Below the pieces are notes generated by a model. It saw only the letters and a list, made by a program, of their open reading frames with translations, was not told the DNA's origin and ran no database searches. The position numbers and the translations under genes were made by a program. From the human T2T-CHM13v2.0 reference genome, Homo sapiens: a stretch of DNA of 64,000 nucleotides. Shown piece after piece: positions 28,221 through 42,373 of the stretch. Position 1 is the first letter of the stretch, and each line of letters starts with the position of its first letter. The stretch lies in the NCBI RefSeq assembly GCF_009914755.1, contig NC_060927.1, one strand, 5' to 3'.

Positions 28221-30234
28221 GGTTGAAGTAACTCCTTTATTCACACCCAAAGTTTGAAATAAGATTAACTTGATTTACCAAGGAAAATTTCCTAGGAAGA
28301 CAGGGCATAAATTTCAGAACTTTCCCACAATTAGGATGTGTTTTGCCTGTTAAAACATATTAAATTCAGACTAGGTTGGAGCTTCCAAACTCAGAGAAAA
28401 AAAAAAATTCAGTTAGCAGCTAATACTGCCATGGTAGTAAGAATGAGACTTGTTTGGTCATCTATAGTTTATTTCTGAGGAACTGAAAGTGTAATTTGAG
28501 AAATAGGAAAATAGAAAAGCTGACTGCAGCGGTTGGGGTGGTTTCATCTTTCTTTGGAGGAAGAGGATGGCTAAGAGGGCAACCGGAAAATCTGCCATGA
28601 AAAATAGAACATAAGCCAGTTTAGAAGGCAAACTTGACATGAGACGCCTTTTTTGTAGTACAGCGAGAGAGGCGCATGCTTCTCTCAAGAAGATATTGTA
28701 CTCTTTTCAGTTTAGGATTCCAGATCATGATGTTTAAACATATGAAAACAGGCTCCTCTGACCCTACGGAATGGGAAGCACCCTCTTTTCATCCCATATT
28801 ATTGTCCTTTCTGTGTCTGAAGGGAATCCCACTCAGTCCGATCAAAACTGCTAAGAAATGGGGTGAAATCTGATGAGAAGAGAAGGCATTGCAGCTGTTT
28901 CAGGGAAAATAAAATGCTTCTCGTAACTCTGCTTCTACGCAAATGCATCTATGAAATATTTTTATGGGGAAAAGAATTCCATAAAAAAGGCAAAAACTTA
29001 ACATATTTCTTTCTCTTAGCTTGTAAAATAGTCTCCATTTTGGCAAAGAGACCGTACAACAGGAAGTCCAAGGTCCGGGTAGTCTGTGTTTGAAGGCCAA
29101 GAAAAAGGGAATATGAAAGGAACGTGCAACCAGGAAACCAGTGTAAAGGTTCTATCAGTCATGAGTATGGCCAGTTTTATTCTACTGTTGTCTCACCTGC
29201 TCTGCCACCCTGCCTGCCCCCTTCCTTTATAAGAGAAGCAATAAAAAGATAGATAAGGAAGTCAAATGTTAGCATATTCTTTGGCTTCAGTAAATGGATG
29301 GACCTCCATCAACCGGGGACGGGGACCATAGTTCTCCCTGGGACACAGATAAAAGCAATGTGGTGCAAGCTTCATGCTGTTACATCTTTAACTACTCTTA
29401 AGAGCAGAATTAACCATTACTATTGCTGCTCGCAATATTTATTAATTTAATTAAAACTTTGTTTCCATCAATACGTTAACCACACAAGTTTTCTTCTCAG
29501 CACACATTTTTATTATTATATCCTGTGTATTCTAATTTGAAGCAGAGCCTTTAATTAAGGGAGACTTGTTTTCTTATACTACCCAATATGTAATAATTTC
29601 TCAAATGTGCTTCTTACAATCATATTTTTCCTGTGATAAGGCATATACTAATTTGTATTGATGCAATTAAAGCTGAATATAATAAGTGTCTTATATGACA
29701 AAATATTGAAGCTACATGGTTTATGAATTTTATATTGATTTGATAACTCTCATTTGTTTGCATTTATGCAAAATACCTTGTATAATTTTTAGATAGATAC
29801 AGAAACCTTAGGAAATGGTTATAAATTCTTTATAAAACTTGCATGCAAGTTAGTTTTAATTAATCTTTTCCTTTAAGAGTTCTATGTATTTTAGCTTTTA
29901 TACATTTTATGAATTTCCCTGGTTTTAATAAGTTTTATTTAAGAAAGAATGACATAAATCCTGTAGTAGGTTTTTTTTTTTTCATAGTAGTTTCTTTCAG
30001 GTGTGTTTCTAGGCTAGTTTTGCCAGAAAAAGGTCAAATTATTTGGCCTTCATCATCCCATGGGTTTGTAAAGAATGAGGGATCAAATAGCCTCGGTATG
30101 GCTGCCAGAAATGTCACCTGTATTTAATATACTACATAAAAATCAGTCAGCAAGTGTCAAAGCAGGGAGTTAAAGTCATCTGGCTCTAGGCGCTGTGCTT
30201 TCTACCCTCTGGGCAAACCTGCATTCTTCATTCA

Positions 30235-30345
30235 TACTGATCTATTACATGCTGTAAGGAGCATGAAAGGGTGACTATCTCTGTCTTGCTCACCATTGTA
30301 CAACTAGAGCCTTCTGTGGTGTCACAATGAATAAATATGTTTTAT
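30235..30345 (+). mobile_element. L2 3' terminus
   Basis: CTGTAAG...CATGAAAGGG...TCTGTCTTGCTCACCATTGTA...AATAAATATGT. Confidence 0.65.
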
Positions 30346-31671
30346 AATAGAGAGTACATGTATTTATAGTATTTAGAAAAATGGTTATTTTACCCTTATA
30401 TTAATTATAAATTAATTATAACTTATAAATTTATTAATTAATATCATCTTACAACTATTGTATTCAGCCTTTAGAGATGATTTTATTATTGTTATTTTCA
30501 TGCTATTATTGTTTTTTAAAATTGGTCATTTTGTTTGCTTAATGAACCCTTAAAATGAATGATTTATTTTAGATGAACTTACTTTTTTTTTTTTAATCCA
30601 CTGCTTGGCTCTATTCTATATGCTATGAATAACTCACAGGAAGTATCTCTTTCTCATCCTCAGACAGTTTACAATCCTGTTGGAGAAATTAGCAACAAAT
30701 AAATGAAAACTTAACAGTACTTTAAAACAAAATGCCATAAGGCATTACATGCTTAACTAACTGACATGTCTTCTCTAAATAGTCATGTAAAGCAGAAATA
30801 ATTAGTGGATACATCTAATTGAGGTAAAATTTACATATATTACTCTATTACAAAGGTAACCTGAAAAGTCAATGGAAGACATTATATTAGACATATATTC
30901 ACTTTGGGCTTTTTTTCCCCCTCATGCCATGCAGGACATCTAAATAGCAGGTACAGTACTCATGTGTACTTGGAGAATAACGCTGGCCTTCTCCCCTGTA
31001 GAACGTAAAACCTAAACTGAAACTTACCTCTTTTTTAATATTGACGCATTAAGCAAAATACACCCTGATTTGAAAAGCTATTAACTCTTGAGTGCGTTTT
31101 AACATTTACGTTGTCATTTGAACAGCATGGCTCACACAATACTTCTCAGGAAATATAATTTCAAAGCATAGATATGAAAATTCCAGTCATTTATTCTCAT
31201 AGGTTGCTGTTTTGTAATTTGAAAATCACATATAATGTTTCCTTGCTTAGCAACACAACATTGAGATATGGGAGAGGAGATTCTAAAGTAATGCTAACAG
31301 TCATACAAGATTTATGAGAATATTAAAACATAAGTATATAAATATTTCTTTTAGAAAATACATATTTTTGAAAAATATTTAAAATAATCTATAATCAGTA
31401 CATAAACTTTTGTGCAGATATTTAAAGGCCTACCCATACATATTTGTATTTTTAAAATAATTTAAATTACTGCTATAATTTAAATAGTATAGTAAATGCT
31501 ATACTATTTTTTAATCTAGAAGCCTTAATTTAAGAACACTTCAGAAGTCTGTTATGGTTGATTCAGAAGCTGATTTTACACAGTATTTTTTATGTAGCAT
31601 GTACTGAAAACAAGTGAATAAACTATGGTTTCTGCCCTCAAGGAGTTCACAAAGATAGATTTTATATAATT

Positions 31672-32120
31672 TGTGATTAAGATGGTCTATGAATAAGTGA
31701 CCCTAAAAACATTACTTCAACAAAAAAAAGCTTATTTTTATTTTTTTCGAATACGTATCCACAGGTAGAAATCTTAGTGAGGGCCAGCCAGCTTCTAGCT
31801 TTCTGCTTTGCCATCACTACGCTGTGGACTTCTTTGTGGGCTAAGATAATTTCAGAACCCACATTTACATATCAAGCAGAAAAATGAAGAGCAAGGACAA
31901 AGGGAGGATGCTAGCCATATTTTAAGAAAGAGTCCCCAGAACTACCACATAAAACTTCTACTTATGAACTTGGCCAGAACTTCATGTCCTAGTGACACTT
32001 AGCTATAAGTCATACTAGACAATATCTTTATTTTGGAAGAAAGTGTACCCATTTCAATGAAAACAAAGTCCTATTTACTTTGGAAGAAAGGGAAAACAGA
32101 TTTTGAGGGATCTTACCATA
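31672..32120 (-). mobile_element. MLT1 (MLT1J-like) MaLR LTR
   Basis: AACTTCTACTTAT...TTGGCCAGAACTT...GACACTTAGCT...GAAGAAAGGGAAAACAGATTTTGAGGGA. Confidence 0.7.
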
Positions 32121-32923
32121 GACAAGTAAACAAAATACTAATAATACAATATGAGAAGCCCTATAATGTTGTACGTATAAAGTATATGAGAAACATAAGT
32201 AAAAATAATCAAGAGTGTTTGTACATTTGAGGGAGGAAGACAGCATTCAATATCAATAAATTTTATACCTAGATGCTCTAGGTTAGAGGTATGTAGGGGG
32301 AATTACCGACTCAAGCACAATGAGCAGCTTTGACTTTTCATGCATTTTATTCTTCAGTCACCAGTGTGCCCATCTCCGTGGCCATGAACAGTAAGCAGGT
32401 TATGCTAATTTCTTCACAACCTCACAGACATGGGGTGTTATATTTGATTGTTTAAAGCCAGCTACTTCTATGTATAACATGAAAAGTATTGCAAATTTAT
32501 TGATACACGTATCTTTGATTTTCAGAAGTTTTAAGCTTTTCTAATGTGTTATATTTTCATTTAATTTTAATATTGATTGTATTCTCCATGTGAGAATTTT
32601 AACCATTATCTTGGATTCCAGTGTCTGTGCTCTTTTTACTACACAAGTGTCTTAAGTGACAGAAATGATAGTAAAAGTATGTGAAGCAGTAATGGTGGGG
32701 AAATAGCAGCTAATGCTTTCCAGGTTTTCCTAAATCCACTTCTGGTAATCTTGTCTGTGTCTTTCTCAAGGCCATTTACTAAAACAGTAATGCTTTAGTA
32801 ACACTAAAACAGTAAACGGTTCATCTCCAGTAACCCTATACAAGATGATTACAGTCCTCATCTCACCAATGTAGGTTTTCTTCAAGATCTGCAATGACAA
32901 AGTCTTATGGGCTCTGCTTATCA

Positions 32924-33065
32924 CAGGGATTCTCATACTTCATTGAGATCGGAAACATCAGGAGAGTGTTAAACCACAGAGGGCTGAGCCCCACCCTCAG
33001 AGTTTCTGGCCAGGCAGTGGTGGGTTGGGTGAACTCTAAGAGTTCGCATTTTTAACTGGTTAGCA
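32924..33065. mobile_element. MER5A fragment
   Basis: CAGGGATTCTCATACTT...TGTTAAACCACAGA...GAGCCCCACCCTCAGAGTTTCTG...GCATTTTTAAC. Confidence 0.75.
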
Positions 33066-34244
33066 ATACACGAACAAGTCCATTTTCACAGGAGTCTTGT
33101 GGACATTTTACTGGCAAGGAAAGGCAGGTACAGGATTTAAATACGCTTCTATGCTTCAACTTTCAGAACCATTCATATGTTTTAAAATGTTGAAAACAAT
33201 GTCATTCATAGTAAATAGAAATCAAGAAATGTTAACTTTTAAAAACGCTCAAAACAATTATGCGTCAACTATCACTGGCCTCATTTTCAGATTTAAAAAA
33301 GTTCAGATTGTGGAGAAGAAGGATTTTCTTTCATCATTATAAGTTTCTAGGACCAATAGGATCGTTTTTTTTTAGCAAGGTGAAAATGAAAATAGACCCA
33401 AAATTCAAAGATTTGTTAGTGCAAGTCAAGAATAAATAATAAGCTTCACACGATAATTTATTATAAGTAATTCCTTTGGTTTAACTTAATTTTTTCATTG
33501 ATAATGCATTCCCTTAATCACCAGAAAATCAATATAACCTATTTATTAGACTTACAGTCTTATAATGTGATCTATGTAATAGAATAGAATGGATGAGTTG
33601 AAAATGTTTTAAATCTAATATGGAAAGTTAGCTGGTTTTAGTGCTGTCTTTCATACATTCAGAGTTGGAACTCCCCCTCTGAACGTGGCTTTGAATGTTA
33701 AATTGTCATTCATTTTATATATTCTAGCCAATCACAAATTTCAATCAGAGATAACTCTTAAGTAATACATAGTATTTTCTAGAAATCTACATTCCAATTG
33801 ATACTCTGTAAACAAAAGGGGAAGGATGGAACTGGAGGGATACATCCAAAACTAAATCCATTCCATTATCTTTCAAAAATCAAAATGGAAAAATTAAAAT
33901 CCCAATAAACAAAATATAGAGATATTTTGCCTTTCTTAAAATTGCAGAGCAACTCGTCAGATGCTGATAATCTTGGAACGGCACTAAACATGGCAGCATC
34001 CCCCAGGTGGGAAAACGTGTAGTGCTGGGCACCAGGTCACTGTCAGCACTCCCCATCCCAGGATCAAGCAGGGACCTCACAAGTCTTCATCATTGGCTGT
34101 CATGCTTTACCCAAGGGAACCCAGCTGGACCCTGAGTTCCAATTGACGGCAGTCTCTCAAGTCCTTTCCAAAAGATTTTACAAAGATAGAAAGTGAGAAT
34201 TTTCTAATAGAGACTGTGTTTTCTAACCCTAGCCCACCTCCTAG

Positions 34245-34246
<2 letters not shown>

Positions 34247-34284
<38 letters not shown>
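34247..34284. repeat. (CA)19 microsatellite
   Basis: Perfect run. Confidence 0.98.
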
Positions 34285-34288
<4 letters not shown>

Positions 34289-34323
34289 CCTGTAGAAAGT
34301 GCAAATTAAATAGCACAAACAAA

Positions 34324-34460
34324 CAGTGCTTCTCAAACTTTAATGTGTTTAAAAACCAGATTCTGAATTGGTGGCACTGGGGTGGGCCTGAGATTCTGTC
34401 TGCGTTTCTAACGTGCTTCCAGGGGCTTCTCCAAGGTGGGCAACCACACACTCACTAGCA
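34324..34460. mobile_element. MER5A-like, internally deleted
   Basis: CAGTGCTTCTCAAACTTTAATGTG...AGATTCTGA...TGGGGTGGGCCTGAGATTCTG...TTTCTAAC. Confidence 0.75.
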
Positions 34461-35769
34461 ACGCCTTCACACCTAGGCTTTGTTTTTGAGAAAGTCTGGC
34501 TATTTCTTTTAAATCAAACTCCACCATGTGGCGAAGTTTAAATTTCTGGTATACAATGAGTAGGAAAAAGCAGCAAAAAAAAACCCACACATGAAAAAAA
34601 ACAAACAAAAAGAAACCTTTGTGTTGTTTAAAGCAAAGCATAGTAGCTCCTTTGGAGAGCGTCATAAAATATTAATTGTGTTTAATTTATGGAGAATAGA
34701 AGTAGGAGAGGGCTGAAAAGCAGCCCATAGCCATAGACTATTCTTCAAAATATAAGGGCACAGCATTGGCTGTCTTTAGTAAAAATCTCTGAATTAGTTG
34801 CATGTCTCTCTGACTAGAAAGTTCCAACATGCCTCTGCAAATGTCCCTGAGTTTCCTCCAGGGGACAATTTTCCTGAAGGATACGAGGAATTAGTAAAAC
34901 CCCTTCCACTGGTTCTTGCAAGGACTAGCTGAGAAAACAAAGTCTCTAAAGCAAGCTATATCCTTGCCACATTCCCAAGTAGAAATCAGAGAGTACTCGA
35001 AGCAATTTACATACTGCAGAAAAAATCTTACATTTCTCTAGAGTTTTTGCTCCCTTTGAGAACAATGATTTTCTCCCCAGGGGGGAAAAAGAAACGAAAA
35101 CACATTTACAAATGCATATGGCATTTTATATATAACCTATATAGCCATCATGGAAGGGTTCATGAATGCTTTGAAGTCCAGATCTTACAATGACCTGCAA
35201 ATTAACCCTATGTTAGAATCCTCTATGCATGAAGCCTACCTAGACTAGGGCTTAGAGTTGACAGACTTTGACAGGACTTAATTTTATAGTGTGTCCTACG
35301 GGACTATGGATCAACCCCAGGGTTTATTTAGACCATATTCAACAAAAATTCTGAGAACAAAGGTTTTAAAAGATACAATATAGCTTTGAGGAAAAAAGAC
35401 CTCCTCTTCTAAGTCTCAGAATTTAAACACGTTAAGAGGATTTTTTTCTTAATATTCCAAATGTACAAAAGTCATGGGGAAGACATAAATTCATGTTTGT
35501 TTCTGCATTTATTGAAGGCAATTTTCCAAGTGGCTGGTTGAAAGAGTTATAAGACCATGGACATATAGCTTTAAAGTATACTAAGATTTTTTTTAGTTGT
35601 TTCAAAATTAATTATTTAAAATGTGCCCTTGCCATTAAGTGGATACGGTGAATTTATTAACACATTGTCATAATCAGAACATATGCTATATTGTTAAGTT
35701 TTTTAAAAGGGAAATTTAGAAAGCAAACATGTAGGTTGTAATTACATTATTGAATAAAAATAAAACAAG

Positions 35770-36139
35770 TGATATGGTTTGGCCATGTCCCCACCCAAAA
35801 TCTCATCTTGAATTGTAATCCGAATTATAATCCCCACATGTTGGGGGAGGGGCCTCTTGGGAGGTGATTAGATTATGGAGGCGATTTCCCCGTGCTGTTC
35901 TCATGAGAGTGATTTCTCATGAGATCTGATGGTTTTGTAAAGGGTTTGCCCCTCTTCACTTTGCACTTCTCCTTCCTGGCGCTTTGCACTTTTCCTTCCT
36001 TGCTTCACCTTCTGCTATGATAGTAAGTTTTCTGAGGCCTCCCTAGCCCTGCAGAACTGTGAGTCAATTCAACCTCTTTCCTTTATAACTGCCTCTTCTT
36101 GGGCAGTTCTTTATAGCAGCGTGAAAACGGACTAATACA
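35770..36139 (+). mobile_element. THE1C-like MaLR solo LTR with 5-bp TSD
   Basis: TGATATGGTTTGGC...TTCTTTATAGCAGCGTGAAAACGGACTAATACA; TSD ACAAG at 35765-35769 and 36140-36144. Confidence 0.95.
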
Positions 36140-36869
36140 ACAAGGTATAAACAAAGTGTATCTCGACAGGTAAGATAGGATTGTGGGTATTTGTGTGTGT
36201 AAGTGTGTGTGTGTGATTTCTTTTTTGCGTGCACGTTTGTTTTTCTAAAATGAGCTGAAGCAACCTCACAATCTTCAGATTTCAGCCTTCTCTTCAATAC
36301 CCAAGTAGGAATAGCCTGATTTCATGCCATGCCCCAAGTGTTCTGCTAGGCATGTATATTTCTCCGAGGAAATACACATGGAAACATGCATATACTCTGA
36401 AGACTGCGAACATGTTGCATAAATACATTTTGGTTGTAGGGCTTTTTTTTCCTCTCTCCCTCAGGTAACATCTGTTCCCAGGCCACTTCAAACTTCTTCT
36501 GTCCCTTTTTCTTATCATTTGAGGTTTCTTCTTTAGATTCATGCCCATCACCTGAGGAAGGTACCACTCTACCTGGGACTACATAGAACCCCCTCCAGGC
36601 TTCCACACAATACAGATTAATTTTACTGTATCATTTAATAAAACTCTAATGTTCTGAAATAGCAGAAAGACATTATAATGTTGAAAAGAAAATTTAAAAC
36701 TGGTACTGTATACAAGTGCTACTAAAGTTTCTAGGCAATTTTTTTTTCTTTCTAGGGTTTATCTTTCCAATGCTTTTATAGGATATAACAACATTCCTTA
36801 ATGGAAGTATCACTATGTACCCAAACAGTGTACCCAGGGGAAATCTAGACCTCTCATCTTCTCTTGGAC

Positions 36870-36960
36870 AGAAGAAGAAAAAAGGAGGTAGGAGGGAGAG
36901 AAGAAGGAGGAACAGGAGAAATAAGAGAATGAGGAGAAGAAAAAGGATGAGGAGGGGAAG
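36870..36960. repeat. GA-rich low-complexity tract
   Basis: GAA/GAG-rich purine run. Confidence 0.8.
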
Positions 36961-36995
36961 CCGCAGAAAACAACTCCATCACACTTAGTCTAGGG

Positions 36996-37146
36996 CAGTG
37001 GTCCCAACCCAGGTGCACAAGAGAAGTTAAAATTACTGACTTACTCTCACTAAATAATTAAATGTTCTCAGATGAGGCCTTGGAAATAGGTATTTCTCTA
37101 AACGTCCCACATGATTCTAAAGTATTGTCAAGGCCCAGAACCATTG
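36996..37146. mobile_element. MER5-family hAT MITE with 8-bp TSD
   Basis: CAGTGGTCCCAAC...AGAACCATTG ends; flanks GTCTAGGG and GTCTAGGT. Confidence 0.75.
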
Positions 37147-37578
37147 GTCTAGGTTCTGCCTCCAATTCAAGAAAATAATCTGTAGAGAAACAATCATGTT
37201 TCCTCAGGTCACTCTACCCTCAGCAGTCACAGAAAGAGCAGTTGCCGTAGCCACAGGACCCAGAGTGCAAGGTGGCAGAAAAATCCATCTCTTCTTCATA
37301 AAGTAGTAGCTAAGGGTCACAATATTTTGCCTGCTCTGATTCTATACAGTACTTTTATACTAAGAAAGAAAAAAAGATTTTTTAAATTTAAAATATATAG
37401 AAGCTTAAATTGTGTGAAATAATTTTGTGATCATGTGATTATAAGTTACTATGAAACATATCCCAGACAATAATCATATAAGATATTACTGCTAGCTTCT
37501 AGCATAATCCCAGGGTTATGTCTCTGCTGACTTGCCTATGATTGTTATATGTTCATGACTTTTATGACTAACCTATAG

Positions 37579-37935
<357 letters not shown>

Positions 37936-38351
37936 GAAAATATGCTTTTAATTGTCGAGTTTTTTCTTCTTCATTTATTCATAGTCTATATAAATGGCAG
38001 ATAGCTGGTGTAGTTTATTCTGAGTTCTTTTTATAATGAACTTGGTGTTAATGGATTGGGATTTGCGCTGGTCCAAGGTAAACTATTGTGTATGGTGTAG
38101 GGGCTTGACAGATGGGGCATTGTGGAGATCCACTGATGATCAGGTTCCAAAGTTCTGCATTAACATTAATGTAATTAATATAAGACAAGCAGGCTCTTAA
38201 TGAACACAGAGATACTTGTCTTTGACGTTAAAGTTTTTATTTATAGGATCTATGATTTTTGTTTTTGTTTTTACAATTACTCTTTATTTGAAACATATTT
38301 ATAGATGAATAGATGAATGTTATAAGTATTTATGTAACTTTTAGTGGATGT

Positions 38352-38810
38352 CAGTGCAGTGCTTCATTAAAAAAGGGGCTCTGGAGACAAGTACTTAGGT
38401 GGAAATTTTTGCTCAGCCGCTAATATTGGTATGAAATTGAACAAGTGCTCAATTTCTCTGTGCATTAGTTAGTTTCGTTATCCATAAAACAGGGATAATA
38501 AGAGACATGAAATGGAATAATTTATGAGTTTTTAATGGTATTATTCATGAGAGCCCTTAAAATATAGAAATATAGGATGTCCTCATTACTTATTTACTTA
38601 TAGCACAATTATGATTATTGTTGTCATATTTAGGCTAGCTCTAGTCACATGTTATGGAATTTATCATAACACCTCCACTCATTAAGTTACATTTACTCTA
38701 TTTGACAGATGGGACAAGTATGGCAATGGCCACCAGTGTTGTAAATGGTGATTCAGAACTTTAACAGAGCTTTTTGTGACTTCAAAAATTTTGGCTTTTC
38801 CTCCACATAA
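38352..38810. mobile_element. Two diverged MIRs (plus, then minus)
   Basis: GGGCTCTGGAGACA...AATTTCTCTGTGC...TATCCATAAAACAGGGATAATAA, then CTATTTGACAGATGGGACA...GTAAATGG. Confidence 0.65.
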
Positions 38811-40420
38811 TACTTTTAGCTTAATTTATTCTTTGTTTTCTTAAATAACACCCTCATTTTTTAATCATTTGAATGTTTCTATTTTGTTTCTAGGAACTGT
38901 TTTGGTCAATTAACTTAAGAAATAAAGAAAAACTCAAATTACCTGTGGCAGATAAAACCTTATTAACATTTTATAGATATTTATTTTATCTTATAAGATC
39001 TTATCTATTAATCAATGTTTATATTTTGTGTTTAGGAGTCAACTCTCCTTTAAAAAATTTCTAATCTGAGTTACACTGAACTTTTTTTATACTAAAATTG
39101 TAAGCTGCAGAGAAAGCTGTAAGTTTACGTATGTTTCTATGTAGTTATATAAATATAAAACTATATAGGCATGCTTTATGCTGCCTGCTAAACAATTCAG
39201 CGCTAAAATCTGTAAACCTAAACTTGGAACCTAAATTTGGAAGAAAACAGCTTTTTTCCTTAGGAAACTTACCTTCTTCAGCCTGCTATTTGGATACTTT
39301 ATTCTAGAAGCTGTTAACAAAAATAACACTATTAGTCCACTTGGTGGGGTAGGAGTCATTGAAATAGAGATTTTGCTACATTAGGTAACATATAATTATG
39401 TAGTGAAATTCTTTGTGTCTTTTTATTTTATTCTAACTTGTGCCTTACAAAATTAGCTATTCCACATAAGAAAGTTGCAGTAATTATTTTCTTAAAAATC
39501 TCTGAATGTGTACTAATCTGGGGATAGTTATCTTTATTCCTTCTTTGGCTTATTACAGATTTAAATTAAGCTGAGATTTCTTTAGTGTTATTTTTCCAGA
39601 GCCATTGGGATTAGAGATGCTGGATTTTGTGGTGCTCTGAGTGTAGTTAAGCTCTTGTCAACAGAAGTATAAAATTATTGCTGTGTGTAGTTGGTATATT
39701 GCTGTGTGCAGGTAATTAATGCTAAACATTGTGCAAAGAAAGATGATTAGAAATCTTAAATTCACAAAGAAATCTAACTTTGGCACCTAAAACCTCAAAT
39801 TCTTTACGTGAAACAAATCTATTGGACTTGAAATTTTATAGGAAACTTGGTGATACTTTCAATATCAACCAAAATGCCGACGCTTACTTAGTTCTATAAA
39901 ATGTATAAGCCTTACCTCCTACACCCCAAGCACTGCCTGAATATTTTAGAACATTTTTTGTTTGTTTGTTTGTTTTCCTTTTAGTATTAAATGCTCTATA
40001 TACTTCCTGACATGGATATATTAAAAAAAAAAAAACGGCGAACAAAACCAGATTTAATATGTTACCTCTTTCCTTTCTTTTCTTCTTAAACTGTCCATTT
40101 AAAATGTATTTTTTAACTCCTAACATTGCTGATTTCATAATTTTAGAGTGATTAGGAATGTAGATGTAGACAAATGCAGGAGAAGGTAGGCTGATGCCAA
40201 AAGCTAGCATGTTTGGTGTCAACAGGTAATTTGAGTTGCTCCTAGCTTCTCCTTTCCATATTCCCACATAAAATAGTCTCAATATTTTGTGTGATATAGA
40301 TTTTTTTCTATTCACTCCTTTAGTTTTAAAATCCTAAGGAGAAGATTAGAAATATTGTTGTCAAATATCACAAATTTAAAAAAATTATGATGACCTTATC
40401 ACCATTCAGTACAGTATAAT

Positions 40421-40753
<333 letters not shown>

Positions 40754-40986
40754 TAAACAGTTATATTATTGTCTAAAACTCTGCCAGTGAGCATATGAAT
40801 ACCACAAAGACAATTAATCTAAAATCAAACTTTAATAAGAGGTTTTTATGATGTTGGAGCACAATGCAATGAAATGATTAGAGAAAGAGAACCCAACACT
40901 ATAAAGTATCGTCTGTTGGTTGAGTACATGTGAGGGGAAAGCATAATTTGACCATGTTGATGAATGAAGAGAAAAAGAGGCACAGA

Positions 40987-41182
40987 AATAATAATTTTTG
41001 CAGGCTTACCATACAGCAGCTATTGCATTCTAAGCACTTTGCATTCAACCACTTCAATCCTTTCAACAACCTTATGAAGTTCATAGTGTTATCATTTTAC
41101 AGATTTAAAAAAATGAGGCTCAGAGAAGTTTCCAAACTCACCCAAAGTTAATTAGCAAGTGGCTGAGTCTGGCTTATAAGCC
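40987..41182 (-). mobile_element. MIR
   Basis: TTCTAAGCACTTTGCAT...AACAACCTTATGA...CATTTTACAGAT...TGAGGCTCAGAGAAGTT. Confidence 0.85.
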
Positions 41183-41412
41183 TATTTTGGGTGAGGTGAT
41201 CAATGGAAGCTTTTTCCTCCAGAGTAAGCATTTAAATTGCGACCTAAAGATGAAAGGGAACTAGCCATGTGAAGGGGTATGGTGTGGAACAGCATCCAGG
41301 AGAGAAATTGACTTGTGCAAAGACCCTGGAGCAGACAAGAGAGTATGGAGATTTGAATATAAGAAAGAGGGTCAGTGTGGCTGGAAAGGCATGAGCTTGC
41401 GAGTGAGAGGTA

Positions 41413-41497
41413 TTAGGCTGGTGCAAAATAATTGCAGGTGAGATTTTGGCCATTACTTTCAATGGCAAAAACAGCAATTACTGTTGCACCAACTTAA
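41413..41497. mobile_element. MADE1 (Hsmar1-derived MITE) with TA TSD
   Basis: TA|TTAGGCTGGTGCAAAATAATTGC...GCAATTACTGTTGCACCAACTTAA|TA. Confidence 0.95.
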
Positions 41498-41875
41498 TAC
41501 AAGGAGATGTTAGAGAGATAGGCAAGGGCTAGATTATTTGAAGTCTTGTATTACATGGAAAGACCCTGGATTTCATTTGAAATAAAGTCAGAAGCCATCA
41601 GGCTAGGAGTAAACTGACTTGCCTGGAATTTGAAGAATACATTTACGGGAGGTCATATGTGTGCCTGCAGTAGTGAAGATGGGAAGGCATTTTAGGAGGC
41701 TACTATTGTGTGCCAGATGTGAAGTAAGAGCCAGTAAACAAAGAAGAAGGACACATTGCGGAAATATTTTTGTATGTGGTATTCATGTGAGTTGCAGATG
41801 AATTTGAACCAGGGATGGCAGGGGGTGGACGTAGAGAAGGGGAAAGAAAAAGGGAGAAATCAAGAATGACAGTTT

Positions 41876-42080
41876 TGAACCCTAATATCAACTATGGACT
41901 CAGGGATTATGATTCACCAATTTAGCTTCATCTATGCAACGAATGTACCTCTCTGGTGCAGGATGTCAGTAGTGGAGGAGGCTGTACATATTGGTGTGGA
42001 AGATAATTCGTGGAAAGTCTATACTTTCCACTAATTTTGCTGTGAACTTAAAACTGTTCTAAAAATAGTCTATTAAAAAT
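41876..42080 (+). mobile_element. L1MC1/2-like 3' end
   Basis: TGAACCCTAATATCAACTATGGACT...AATGTACCTCTCTGGTGCAGGATGT...TTTTGCTGTGAACTTAAAACTGTTCTAAAAATAGTCTATT. Confidence 0.85.
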
Positions 42081-42084
42081 TTCA

Positions 42085-42373
42085 TTTTTTTTTTGAGACG
42101 GAGTCTTGCTCTGTTGACCAGGCTGGAGTGCAGTAGCACGATCTCGGCTCACTGTGACCTCCACCTCCTGGGTTCAAGCAGTTCTCTGCCTCAGCCTCCT
42201 GAGTAGCTGGGATTACAGGCGCCCACCACCATGCCCAGCTAATTTTGGCATTTTTAGTAGAGACAGGATTTCACCATCTTGGCCAGGCTGGTCTTGAACT
42301 CCTGACCTCGTGATCCACCTGCCTCTGCCTCCTAAAGTGCTGGGATTGAAGGCGTGAGCCACGGTGCCCGGCC
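42085..42373 (-). mobile_element. AluSg7-like, full length
   Basis: TTCTCTGCCTCAGCC and CACCATCTTGGCCAGGCTGGTCTTGAACTCCTGACCTCGTGATCC; TSD-like AAAAATTTC. Confidence 0.95.

Noticed and set aside
29836-29851. Perfect 16-bp palindrome AACTTGCATGCAAGTT
   Set aside because: About one such palindrome is expected by chance in 64 kb
39884-40315. Longest ORF (143 aa, minus)
   Set aside because: GTG start, AT-rich with homopolymer-derived Lys/Phe runs, and no homology I recognise
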